64,000 nucleotides of DNA from Candidatus Tayloriibacteriota bacterium (GCA_052034805.1 JBPOID010000007.1:26495-90494), one strand, 5' to 3'. Numbered from the stretch's first letter, positions 38,533 to 47,517 are shown. A program made the numbers and translations. The notes: generated by a model not told the origin, from the sequence alone.

Positions 38533-39484
38533 GGCTAAAAGTAAATTCAGGGTCTATTTGGTTTGTAAGATCACCGAATCGTTCTTTTACAAAACCCTGT
38601 GCGACGTATTTTTTATGTAATTCCCAGATTTTTTTGAGTCTCGCATCTCGATTGTCTGGTTCGGCATTTAATGTACTAAAAACTTTCTCAAGTAATTCTT
38701 GATTATTGATATTAAGTTTCGATACAGACAATGCGGCACCATCTTGGTCGATAGTGCGAATATGTTCGTCATCAGTGAAGAATCCGATGATCTTTTTCTC
38801 GGTAATATGCGATTTTATAAATTCCATATCATTATCATTTCTGATTTTGTTACCAATTACTCGCACGCTATCTGCGACATCGGCTTCAGTCGCCAATTCC
38901 ATGTATTTGGTATAAACCTCAATACTTCGCATGGTTGGTTCAACGATGAGGCAGGTCAGATCGAACTGAGCATGAAGTGTCCCTGCAAATGAATCTACCC
39001 CTGCGACCATATCAGCAATTACATAGCCGTTCTTGTCGTCGGTGTGATTCAAAATGCTTTCGAGGATGGCAAGATTGTTGTGATAGCAACTAGCGCCGAT
39101 GTCTTCTTCTTGGTAGGTACCAACCGCAAAGACAGAAAGATTGCCTCGATGAAGTCCGTACGAGCCGATAGGTGTCTCCTTGATTGATTCAATTTTTATA
39201 ATGTTCGACTTGCGTGTCGGCGGTGTTGATTTGCGGAATGCACCAAGGTTTGTAATGTCGTTGTTACCAATAAGCCACTTTTTTATTTCCTCTGACACTT
39301 TCGGGTGCGATAGATGTTTATCGAAGGGAATACCATCAAAACCAAGTAGCTCTGGTGCATGGATGTTGAGATCAGCATCAAAAACAGCTACCTCTTCGGT
39401 AGTCTTTTTTGAAACATATGTGGCGAATGAGGCGGAAAGCGTACTCTTGCCCGATCCGCCTTTTCCAACAAAGGCGATTCTCAT
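38516..39484 (-). CDS. CooC-like/MinD-family P-loop ATPase
   Basis: GKGGSGKST deviant Walker A, DAD, D..AG.D, EP, GNK; CYH where CooC has CxC. Confidence 0.82.
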   Translation of the reverse strand: MRIAFVGKGGSGKSTLSASFATYVSKKTTEEVAVFDADLNIHAPELLGFDGIPFDKHLSHPKVSEEIKKWLIGNNDITNLGAFRKSTPPTRKSNIIKIESIKETPIGSYGLHRGNLSVFAVGTYQEEDIGASCYHNNLAILESILNHTDDKNGYVIADMVAGVDSFAGTLHAQFDLTCLIVEPTMRSIEVYTKYMELATEADVADSVRVIGNKIRNDNDMEFIKSHITEKKIIGFFTDDEHIRTIDQDGAALSVSKLNINNQELLEKVFSTLNAEPDNRDARLKKIWELHKKYVAQGFVKERFGDLTNQIDPEFTFSHDSKN

Positions 39485-39487
39485 ATA

Positions 39488-39817
39488 TTAATCGGTGCAC
39501 TTATTACAAGACCCTCGAACAGTAATATCTTCAACCTTATGACCCTTGATCGCTTTGTGGGGAATATGTATTTCTTCAACCTTTCCGCAATCATTGCAGA
39601 TGAAATGATCATGGCTTTCGTGAGCTGATTCATACGCCACAGACTTGTTATCAATCATCACTCTCTTTATCTTCTTGTCAGAGAGTAGTTGCTCGACATT
39701 GCGAAAGACTGTCGAATAATCGGCATCGGGAATAACTTTATGGATTTCAGCAATGGTCAAAAGATGCTTTTTCTTGAGCAATGTAAGTATATGTTCTTTG
39801 TATATGTTTGTTCTCAT
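39488..39817 (-). CDS. Fur family transcriptional regulator (Zur/PerR-like)
   Basis: STVFRNV helix, HDHFICNDCG, CNKC; start reassigned to MRTN. Confidence 0.9.
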   Translation of the reverse strand: MRTNIYKEHILTLLKKKHLLTIAEIHKVIPDADYSTVFRNVEQLLSDKKIKRVMIDNKSVAYESAHESHDHFICNDCGKVEEIHIPHKAIKGHKVEDITVRGSCNKCTD

Positions 39818-39838
39818 AATGCAAGTAATTTGCATAAT
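39816..39838. promoter_or_regulatory. Palindromic putative Fur/Zur-family operator
   Basis: ATAATGCAAGTAATTTGCATAAT (ATGCAA-N5-TTGCAT) between divergent fur and yibE/F. Confidence 0.6.
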
Positions 39839-39900
39839 AAACTAAGACAAGAGAAAAGTAAAGTTCCAGATAATGCAGGAAAATGATAAAATGACACAAC

Positions 39901-41067
39901 ATGACACGATTACACAAAATTACGCTTGGTATGCTTTTTGCACTCTGCCTCGTATCTCCAGTATTGGTGCAGGCTCAAGAACTCATTCAGGATAAGGTAG
40001 ATATTATTCGAGCAAAGGTGCTTGAAATTGTAAAAGAAGAAGTTAAAAATGTTCCCGGAACAGATATTCGATCACAAAATCAGACAATCAAGGTTGAAAT
40101 TCTCGAAGGAAATGAAAAAGGAAAACAGCTCACCGTCGATAACGATTACTTAAATCTAGATGTTGGAGAAGTCTTTTATTTGAGACATCAATATGGTGGT
40201 ATGGATGGGACTAACTATTATTCAGTCGATGAACCGTATCGTCTACCTCATGTACTCATTCTCGTAGCTCTTTTTATAATTGCTATTTTTGTATTTGGTG
40301 GCATTCAAGGTGTGCGTGGACTGGTGAGTCTTGTCGGTAGTTTTCTTTTGATTATGTACGTGCTCTTGCCTGGAATACTGCATGGATATTCGCCACTCTT
40401 AGTAACGATAGGTGTGTCTTCGCTCATTATCATCGTCGGATCATATATCACGCATGGTTTTAACAAGACGACAAGCTCGGCGGTTCTAGGAATGGTTATC
40501 ACCGTTATCATCACCGGACTTCTTGCTGTCTGGGCGGTCCATTTCACTCGACTCAGTGGCTTCGGTTCAGAAGAAGTTACTTATCTCAATCTAAATACGA
40601 GAGGTACACTCGATGTGATCGGACTTCTCCTTGGTGGAATCATGATTGGTCTCCTCGGGGTGCTCTATGACGTAGCTATTGGTCAGGCGATTTCAGTTGA
40701 GGAGTTGATTCGCATTGCGCCTCATGTACCAAAGAAAACTATATATCAACGAGCGATCCGTATCGGCCGAGAGCATATCGGGGCACTCGTGAACACTCTT
40801 GCCATAGCCTATGTCGGTGCATCCTTGCCACTTCTGCTTTTGTTCGTCCAAACATCGACTTCGAGTCTTGCTAATATTGCTAACAGAGAAATATTTGCCA
40901 CAGAGATCGTCCGTACCATGATCGGTAGTATTGGCCTTATCTTGGCCGTACCTATTACAACCTTTGTGGCCGTTTGGTTGCTTATGAGTACGAAGAAGAA
41001 CAATGTATCGCAGGAAAAACTACAGCAAGAACAAGAGGCGCTGGAACATGCCGGGCATCATCATTAA
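39901..41067 (+). CDS. YibE/F family membrane protein
   Basis: GVLYDVAI.Q, GREHIGALVNTLAIAYVGASLPLLLL, EIVRTMIGSIGL; His-rich C-terminus HAGHHH. Confidence 0.9.
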   Translation: MTRLHKITLGMLFALCLVSPVLVQAQELIQDKVDIIRAKVLEIVKEEVKNVPGTDIRSQNQTIKVEILEGNEKGKQLTVDNDYLNLDVGEVFYLRHQYGGMDGTNYYSVDEPYRLPHVLILVALFIIAIFVFGGIQGVRGLVSLVGSFLLIMYVLLPGILHGYSPLLVTIGVSSLIIIVGSYITHGFNKTTSSAVLGMVITVIITGLLAVWAVHFTRLSGFGSEEVTYLNLNTRGTLDVIGLLLGGIMIGLLGVLYDVAIGQAISVEELIRIAPHVPKKTIYQRAIRIGREHIGALVNTLAIAYVGASLPLLLLFVQTSTSSLANIANREIFATEIVRTMIGSIGLILAVPITTFVAVWLLMSTKKNNVSQEKLQQEQEALEHAGHHH

Positions 41068-41205
41068 TTTAGTATAGATATTGCACTAGATATAGGAACC
41101 TTTTGGAAGAGAAATTATGCCAACATTTGGCTATAAAATGAGAAGCAGGGTTTTTTTGGAATTGTGAGGATGAGCGAGTAAGATTATTTAATGGAATATA
41201 AACAG

Positions 41206-41252
41206 AAAACCCACCATCTCACGACAGGGGTTCCTGTGCTGAGTTGGTGGGC
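41206..41252 (-). terminator. Terminator hairpin of the 41258-41596 gene
   Basis: CCCACCA-TCTCA..ACAGG-GGTT-CCTGT..TGAG-TTGGTGGG with an A tract on the left. Confidence 0.6.
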
Positions 41253-41257
41253 TATGA

Positions 41258-41596
41258 TTAGAAACGAAGGTCAATCCGTGGAGCTGTAAAAATGAAGCCG
41301 TCTGCAGTCTGAAAGCAAACACATCCATTCACAGCAATACTCAAAGGTGTTTCGATAATCGTAACTTTTTGACCTTTTACGTATTCTTTCCACTCGTTGC
41401 CAACATATCGAACAACATTGCCAATCATCTTGTCTTCAAACCGAGTTGCAAATTGAATTGCTGTAGGTTTGTAGTCACGGATTTTTGCAATCTCTTCTTT
41501 GAGCTCTGGATACAGGCGCTCCATTTCAAGGAGACCGTTGTCGCAGAGATGGTGTCTGACTGAGTTCCAAAGGAACTTTGTTTCCTCGCTTAGCAT
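41258..41596 (-). CDS. Hypothetical orphan protein (possible SH3-like C-terminus)
   Basis: ORF from MLSEETK; TTGACA promoter near 41673-41678 on the minus strand. Confidence 0.6.
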   Translation of the reverse strand: MLSEETKFLWNSVRHHLCDNGLLEMERLYPELKEEIAKIRDYKPTAIQFATRFEDKMIGNVVRYVGNEWKEYVKGQKVTIIETPLSIAVNGCVCFQTADGFIFTAPRIDLRF

Positions 41597-41682
41597 ATCA
41601 ATGTCTTTTCTGGTTGGTTGTTTAATTATGAAAATTGCTACTAAATGTAGTAATATCACATACAAATAAATATGTCAAGTAT

Positions 41683-41703
41683 TGGCTCCGCGACCAGGGC
41701 TCG
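41683..41703 (-). repeat. Displaced 3' end of tRNA-Asn (att-like direct repeat, includes CCA)
   Basis: GCTCCGCGACCAGGGCTCG (41685-41703) is identical to 43197-43215. Confidence 0.9.
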
Positions 41704-41736
41704 GTCATTATGAATTGTAGGAAAGTAAAAATGGAA

Positions 41737-42153
41737 CTAAGACTCAGGAATTTGTTTCTTGTGTATAAATGATACAAAAGAAAAGATAACAGAAGATATA
41801 ACGCTAAGTGGCATCAAGGTTCTCCATATTGAATCCATTATAAGACCGTACTGAGGCATTGTTCCTCCGAATTGATAAGGAGTGAATATCATGATTACAT
41901 AAGAAACTAGCATACCGATAACAAGAATAAAGAAAGAAATCTTGCTCATTAGGGTGATTTTATTTTTGAATGCACAATAAATATAAAATATACCAAGATA
42001 AAGAGCTGTGATTGGAGCAAATAGTCGAGCGAAATATTGAGGATTGGTTATATGGGCAACTGAATATGAAAAATCATCATAAAACCAACTAAACATAATT
42101 ACACCAAAAATTATTAATGCTAAACCAAATAAATAGTGAAAAAATTTAATCAT
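41737..42153 (-). CDS. Four-TM membrane protein
   Basis: Hydrophobic ORF from MIKFF; TATAAT 6 nt upstream. Confidence 0.7.
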   Translation of the reverse strand: MIKFFHYLFGLALIIFGVIMFSWFYDDFSYSVAHITNPQYFARLFAPITALYLGIFYIYCAFKNKITLMSKISFFILVIGMLVSYVIMIFTPYQFGGTMPQYGLIMDSIWRTLMPLSVISSVIFSFVSFIHKKQIPES

Positions 42154-42329
42154 GGATTTATTATACATCCTTATGAATTGATCATCAATTATAAACTGTG
42201 CTCACAACGCTCCGTCTTTCTCGCCCTGATTCGTAGTAAAAATAGAAAACCCACCTATTTTATGATAGGAGGATTTTCTATTGAAATAGTTAAAAACTGA
42301 TGTTTTTTTAGGAAATCAATAATTCAAAA

Positions 42330-42854
42330 CTAATTTCTATAATCCGTCCAGTATTCTCCAGTATCTATAGATTTAATACAATATTTTTTGTATTCTCCAG
42401 TATTATCACAAATATTTTTATCTTTTTTTAAGAATGCTATTTTTGCAAAACATTCTCTATAGTGTCTTTCTCCAGAAGGGAGGTTGTAACATATATTTTC
42501 ATCTTTCAAATCATATGCTACAGATTGATAACATAATTCACTTGATTGAGTGTTCTGTGTTACTACAGTTTGTTTGCAAGCTTTAATATCTTTAAATTTA
42601 ATACCATAATCTGAGAAGCAATCATTTTTTACTTCAGGTATTAGATTACAAACATTCATATCTTTTAAGCTTATTGCTTCTCCAGAAAGACATTCTCCTT
42701 TATATTTTTCATTACTACATTTTTTAATTATTCTTTCACTTACATTATCTCCAGTCTCTTGTCGAATACCTAATGGTATGTTTTTTGATTTATATAAATA
42801 AAGACCACCCACAATAATTAATAAAATTATTGGAACTAAAATTATTTTTTTCAT
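42330..42854 (-). CDS. Membrane-anchored Cys-repeat protein
   Basis: N-terminal TM; four C-x6-7-KD-x3-C-like repeats (ECLSGEA..KDMNVC, DCFSDY..KDIKAC, LCYQSVA..KDENIC, ECFAKIA..KDKNIC). Confidence 0.75.
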   Translation of the reverse strand: MKKIILVPIILLIIVGGLYLYKSKNIPLGIRQETGDNVSERIIKKCSNEKYKGECLSGEAISLKDMNVCNLIPEVKNDCFSDYGIKFKDIKACKQTVVTQNTQSSELCYQSVAYDLKDENICYNLPSGERHYRECFAKIAFLKKDKNICDNTGEYKKYCIKSIDTGEYWTDYRN

Positions 42855-42949
42855 TTATTTTTTACTAATAGAATTATAATACGACTCTTTAATTATAATT
42901 TATTTTAGATTATAAGTAAAAAGAGATAATTATTTTTTTAAATTTATCC

Positions 42950-43192
42950 TTAAATAGTAGCAAGATATATCTGAACAGTACCAATACCAATTGAAACAAT
43001 GATCGCAACTATTGCTAAATATAGAGATGATTTTGCAAAACGTTCGGAAGATTCTTCATTTTTCAATGCTAACCTTCTAAGTAGTTCATATTGAGAGAGT
43101 ACACCGAAACTAGGGTCTGAATTATTAATTATTTGAAATAATTCCTCTTCATTAAGTTTTCTCACATCTTTACCAAAATTTGTATTATTCAT
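42950..43192 (-). CDS. Small protein with C-terminal TM (80 aa)
   Basis: MNNTNFGK... starts 5 nt after the tRNA discriminator; the longer track ORF reads through the tRNA. Confidence 0.6.
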   Translation of the reverse strand: MNNTNFGKDVRKLNEEELFQIINNSDPSFGVLSQYELLRRLALKNEESSERFAKSSLYLAIVAIIVSIGIGTVQIYLATI

Positions 43193-43197
43193 TTCTG

Positions 43198-43270
43198 CTC
43201 CGCGACCAGGGCTCGAACCTGGGACATCCTCGTTAACAGCGAGGCGCTCTACCAACTGAGCTATCGCGGA
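43198..43270 (-). tRNA. tRNA-Asn(GTT), CCA not encoded
   Basis: TCCGCGA acceptor, AGCTCAGTTGGTAGAGC D arm, CCTCG-CTGTTAA-CGAGG anticodon arm, GGTTCGAGCCC T arm. Confidence 0.97.
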
Positions 43271-43307
43271 ATATCCTCTTTTAAAGAGTATTGCTATAAT
43301 AGCAAAT

Positions 43308-43520
43308 ATGTATATAAAAGTGAAGGTTATAACAGAATCAAGGAAAGAAGAAATAAAAAAAGTCAAAGATGATCATTATGATATATCCATAAGAGAAAAA
43401 GCAGAAAATAATAAAGCAAATAATAGAATATTAGAAATCTTTAGAGATTTATATCCAAATGTTTCTATAAAGATAATAAGCGGTCATCATTCTCCAAGTA
43501 AAATATTAAGCATTGATTAG
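43308..43520 (+). CDS. DUF167 (YggU/UPF0235) protein
   Basis: IKVKV, A..NKAN, IISG.HS..K. Confidence 0.85.
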   Translation: MYIKVKVITESRKEEIKKVKDDHYDISIREKAENNKANNRILEIFRDLYPNVSIKIISGHHSPSKILSID

Positions 43521-43588
43521 CACCAAATCAGTAGCTATTATCGTATACTCTAGTATAATTATTTATATAAAAGATAATAAACAAAACT

Positions 43589-43969
43589 ATGAATATAAAC
43601 ATAAAGAATACAAATATGGTTTTGACAGCAGAATTGAGTTCATATTTAGACAAAAGGGTAAAGGTTATTGAGAAATTTTTCAGTCATGATCCTAGTGCAA
43701 AATGCGATATAGAACTTGCAAAGACTACAGAACATCATAAAAATGGTGATATATATCGTGCAGAAATACATATAACAGCAAAGAATAAAAATCATTATGC
43801 TAGTGCCGAAGAAGTAGATATACATAATGCTATAGATATAGTAAAGGATGAAATATTAAGAGAAATAAAATCTCAAAAAGAAAAGAAAATATCTATTGTA
43901 AGAAAAGGTGGCGCAAAGGTAAAAAATATAATAAAAGGATTATTACCAAGCAATAAGAAAAATAAATAA
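43589..43969 (+). CDS. raiA: Ribosome hibernation factor RaiA/HPF
   Basis: MNINIK..N..LT, YRAEI, A......D.HNAID. Confidence 0.88.
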   Translation: MNINIKNTNMVLTAELSSYLDKRVKVIEKFFSHDPSAKCDIELAKTTEHHKNGDIYRAEIHITAKNKNHYASAEEVDIHNAIDIVKDEILREIKSQKEKKISIVRKGGAKVKNIIKGLLPSNKKNK

Positions 43970-43973
43970 TTAA

Positions 43974-44132
43974 ATGCCAGCCTTTTTTACTCAAAAAGTA
44001 AATCAATATTTATGTATAGCTCTTATATCTCTTATGACTTTTTGGGTTGTATTGTATTACTTTACTGTAAAGGCTGAAATTATAGGTGAAAATATAATAG
44101 CTTCAAATATTATTCATAATGAAGCCAAATAA
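43974..44132 (+). CDS. Small single-TM protein (52 aa)
   Basis: Manual translation MPAFFTQKVNQYLCIALISLMTFWVVLYYFTVKAEIIGENIIASNIIHNEAK; fills the gap after raiA. Confidence 0.5.
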   Translation: MPAFFTQKVNQYLCIALISLMTFWVVLYYFTVKAEIIGENIIASNIIHNEAK

Positions 44133-44144
44133 TATTTTGTAGTT

Positions 44145-45533
44145 TTATCTTAGGAAATCTTTATAAAGCATTTCCTTTTTACCTTCTGGTATTACTTTTT
44201 CTATGAAAAGCATTCCATCTTTATATGATGCTTTTGTTATTTTTACTCTTATATTTTTGTGAAAGAAAAAGGCAGATGGCCATGTATCATATGCTTGTAT
44301 TTTGAGATAATTTTTATATGGATCATCATTTAAATCTATTTTTCCATCTTCTTTTTCTATTTTATCTGTATATGTAGCTTTTGTATGATCTTGTTCTATT
44401 GCTTTTATTTTTCCATTTATCCAATCAGGTAATATTTCTACTAGGAGATCACTACCAGTTTCTACTAGAGCTTTACCTAATACATCTTTCTTTGGTGGCC
44501 ATGGTTCTACTGAGATTTCTTTTGAAGCTACTATAGGTCCATGATCCATTTCACTATCTATACTCATTATAGTTACTCCAGTCTTCCTATCATCAGAAAG
44601 TATTGCACTTTCTATAGGGCAAGAACCACGATATTTGGGTAATAGGGAAGCATGAATATTCAGAGTTTTTGCTTTTGGTATATTTATTATATTATCGGGT
44701 ATTATTTTCCCATAGGCGATAACGACGAATACATCACAATTGTATTTCTTTAATTCCTTTTCTAATTCTTTATTATCTCTTAATTTTACTGGTTGTATTA
44801 CTGGTATATTATGTTCATTTGCCCAAACTTTTGCTTCGGATGCTGTTATATTTAGATTTCTACCTTTTGGTTTATCTGGTGAAGTTACTACGAAAGAAAT
44901 ATGGAATCCTGCTTTATATAATTTCTCCAAGGTTATTGTGGAATAATACGGTGTACCGAAGAATCCTATTTTTATTTTATTATTAGGTCCTTTTCTTGTT
45001 TCTATTTTTTCAAGAATTATTTCTTCACCTTCTGGTGGGGAATCTTTCACATGATAGGCATTATCTATAAATAATATTCCATTCAAATGATCTATTTCAT
45101 GTTGGAATACTTGAGCCAATATTCCACTAGCACCTCTTTCTATCTTTTCTCCTTTTTCATTGTATGCTTTTATTATTACCTTTTTTGCCCTTTTCATCAT
45201 TCCGTATTTCCATCTTACGGAAAGACAACCTTCTTCTACTTCTTGTTTTTCTTTTGAGATTTTCAATATTTCTGGATTTATGAAAATAAGATCAGATCCA
45301 TCGCCTTTGTATTTCTTATCTGCAGATTTTAATACTTCTCCAGATACTACGAATATTCTAAGACTTTCTCCTATCTGAGGTGCGGCTATGGCTATACCGT
45401 CATCTTGACTCTTTAGGGCTATTTTCATATCCTCGATAATTTCTTTTATTTTTGTAGAATTCATCTCGGCAACAGTTAAAGCCTTTGCTTTTTTTCTCAA
45501 GACTTCATTACCATTTTGAACTATATTTCTCAT
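44145..45533 (-). CDS. def-fmt: Fused peptide deformylase / methionyl-tRNA formyltransferase
   Basis: Def motifs GIAIAAPQIG, EGCLS, QHEIDH; then Fmt motifs FFGTP, PDKPKGR, NIHASLLPKYRG..PI, MDHGP in one ORF. Confidence 0.92.
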   Translation of the reverse strand: MRNIVQNGNEVLRKKAKALTVAEMNSTKIKEIIEDMKIALKSQDDGIAIAAPQIGESLRIFVVSGEVLKSADKKYKGDGSDLIFINPEILKISKEKQEVEEGCLSVRWKYGMMKRAKKVIIKAYNEKGEKIERGASGILAQVFQHEIDHLNGILFIDNAYHVKDSPPEGEEIILEKIETRKGPNNKIKIGFFGTPYYSTITLEKLYKAGFHISFVVTSPDKPKGRNLNITASEAKVWANEHNIPVIQPVKLRDNKELEKELKKYNCDVFVVIAYGKIIPDNIINIPKAKTLNIHASLLPKYRGSCPIESAILSDDRKTGVTIMSIDSEMDHGPIVASKEISVEPWPPKKDVLGKALVETGSDLLVEILPDWINGKIKAIEQDHTKATYTDKIEKEDGKIDLNDDPYKNYLKIQAYDTWPSAFFFHKNIRVKITKASYKDGMLFIEKVIPEGKKEMLYKDFLR

Positions 45534-45569
45534 ACTAATACTATACTTATTACTAGGCTTTATGGCAAA

Positions 45570-47501
45570 TTATAATAAATTCTCTGGATCAACTTTTATT
45601 GATACAGCGGGGGATAGGGAAATGAGCTTTTCTAATAGAACTCTATCAATCCATTTATCATTTTTCATTCTTATTAGTCCGTGTAATACATATTTTCCCC
45701 TAACTGTATGTGTGAATGCTGGGAAAACCTCGACTTCATAAGGATCTAATATATTTTGGGCTATTTCCATTTCTTTTACTATTTCATCTTTATTTCCTTC
45801 TAATGTAAGTTTTATTAGAGTTGAATATGGTGGATAATTGAATTTTTCTCTTTCAGAGATTGTGTCTTTATAGAAATCATTTGTATTACCTTTCATTCCA
45901 TATTCGAATATTTTCTCATCACTTTTTCTTGTTTGTACTATAAAGTCTCTAGTAGTTAATGATCTCATCTTTATTAGTATTTGTAGTATTTTTTCTTGTA
46001 TGCGGAAATCAGGTATTGAGAATAGAGAATCTAGGGATATTATTACAGAGTTTTCTATTTTATCATGCATATATTGAAGCATCATTTCTGTACCGAGTAA
46101 TATACTTCCTGGTTTATTGCGATATTTCTGCAATACCATTTTTGCTATTTTTTCATTTGGTGTATTCTGTGAATCTATACGGAAAACTTCTATATCTTTG
46201 AATTTATCTTTTATTTTCTCTTCTACCATATCTATACCTATTCCCAATACTGCTAGTTTCCAACTACCGCATACTTTGCAATATTCTTCTGTTGATCTTC
46301 TTTCTCCACATCTATGACACATGAAATAGCTTTTTTCTTCTCCTGTCCCTGATTTTATTTTATGAACTATAACTGGCAAACTACATTTATTACATGTGAC
46401 TATATTCTGACAATCTCCACATACTGTAGTTGGTGCTATACCACGACGTAATGCGAATATCATCATTCTTTCACTTTGATCTTTTGTTCTCTGTATTAGT
46501 TCTTCTACTTCTTTTGAAATTATTTTGAAACTAGAAATTTCTTCTTTATTTTCTGTACTTTTCTTTACTCCATATCCTTTCATATCTATCAATGTATCTT
46601 TCGATGTGGAAAGTGATCTAAATTTGAAAGGTGATCCTTCTACTATTTCTCCTTTATTTTTCCTATACAATGTTTCTATTCTAAGGAAATTATCTGAGAA
46701 AAATATTTTCACATTTCTTTTTTCTGCTACTATTTCGGCATAATGTCTCATATCTATATATGGTCTATGTAATGTTTTGTATGCACGACTACTTTCTTTC
46801 TCTACTATTATTGTATCTATATCGTTTCTAGGTATTACTAGGAAAGCTCCAGTCGAAATCACTACTATAGGATGTTCTTCTTTCATCACTGTATTCCATG
46901 TTTCTATCATTTTCTTTTCACCCAGAGAGCTATGAAGTATAAAGGCATAACCTTCTATGCCTTTCTCGAGCATTGAAAAGGCATAATCTGCTTCTTCTAT
47001 AGTAGGGAATAGGAAAAATAAACTTTTCTTTTTTGCGAATTCTTGGCGTATTAGACTTTTCCAATTCCCATAGCGTTCTTCATCATCTCCTTGTATGGCG
47101 TATTTATCTTTCTTGGTTTTATTTGTATTTGTCGAAATCTTTTTGTCTTTTGTTTTTAATTTATTTATATTTTTTAGAATATATTCTGGGATTATTGTAT
47201 TTATTATGCTACCCATATTGCTACAATAATAATCCGCCATATCCTTTACTATATCCATAAAATAATCAGGGAAGAATTCATCGCTTTTTACCTCCCCTAA
47301 TTTCTTCAAAGCAAAAGGACTTTTCTTTATTTCACTTTTCATTTCTAATGCTTCTTTTTTGGAAATAACTATTCCTTTTATAATCTTTTTTCTGAGTGGA
47401 ATATTCACTATAGAGCCAATATTTATATTCTGATCGGTGAAATATGATAATGTTTTCACTCCAACTGTCTTTGCTATTGGAATTACTTCTATAATAAACA
47501 T
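45570..47501 (-). CDS. priA: Primosomal protein N' (degenerate helicase motifs)
   Basis: 3'-DNA-binding N-terminus, four CxxC pairs, GIGIDMVE, LLGTE, ER..F.YPP. Confidence 0.85.
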   Translation of the reverse strand: MFIIEVIPIAKTVGVKTLSYFTDQNINIGSIVNIPLRKKIIKGIVISKKEALEMKSEIKKSPFALKKLGEVKSDEFFPDYFMDIVKDMADYYCSNMGSIINTIIPEYILKNINKLKTKDKKISTNTNKTKKDKYAIQGDDEERYGNWKSLIRQEFAKKKSLFFLFPTIEEADYAFSMLEKGIEGYAFILHSSLGEKKMIETWNTVMKEEHPIVVISTGAFLVIPRNDIDTIIVEKESSRAYKTLHRPYIDMRHYAEIVAEKRNVKIFFSDNFLRIETLYRKNKGEIVEGSPFKFRSLSTSKDTLIDMKGYGVKKSTENKEEISSFKIISKEVEELIQRTKDQSERMMIFALRRGIAPTTVCGDCQNIVTCNKCSLPVIVHKIKSGTGEEKSYFMCHRCGERRSTEEYCKVCGSWKLAVLGIGIDMVEEKIKDKFKDIEVFRIDSQNTPNEKIAKMVLQKYRNKPGSILLGTEMMLQYMHDKIENSVIISLDSLFSIPDFRIQEKILQILIKMRSLTTRDFIVQTRKSDEKIFEYGMKGNTNDFYKDTISEREKFNYPPYSTLIKLTLEGNKDEIVKEMEIAQNILDPYEVEVFPAFTHTVRGKYVLHGLIRMKNDKWIDRVLLEKLISLSPAVSIKVDPENLL

Positions 47502-47517
47502 GGTATTGTATTATGAT

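Larger units (their letters stand above)
41704..43196. mobile_element. Integrase-less genomic islet inserted in tRNA-Asn
   Basis: Bounded by a 19-bp tRNA 3'-end duplication; carries three small ORFs. Confidence 0.7.

Noticed and set aside
42950-43366. 138 aa track ORF
   Set aside because: Its N-terminal part is the tRNA-Asn read in frame plus antisense DUF167; only 42950-43192 is kept
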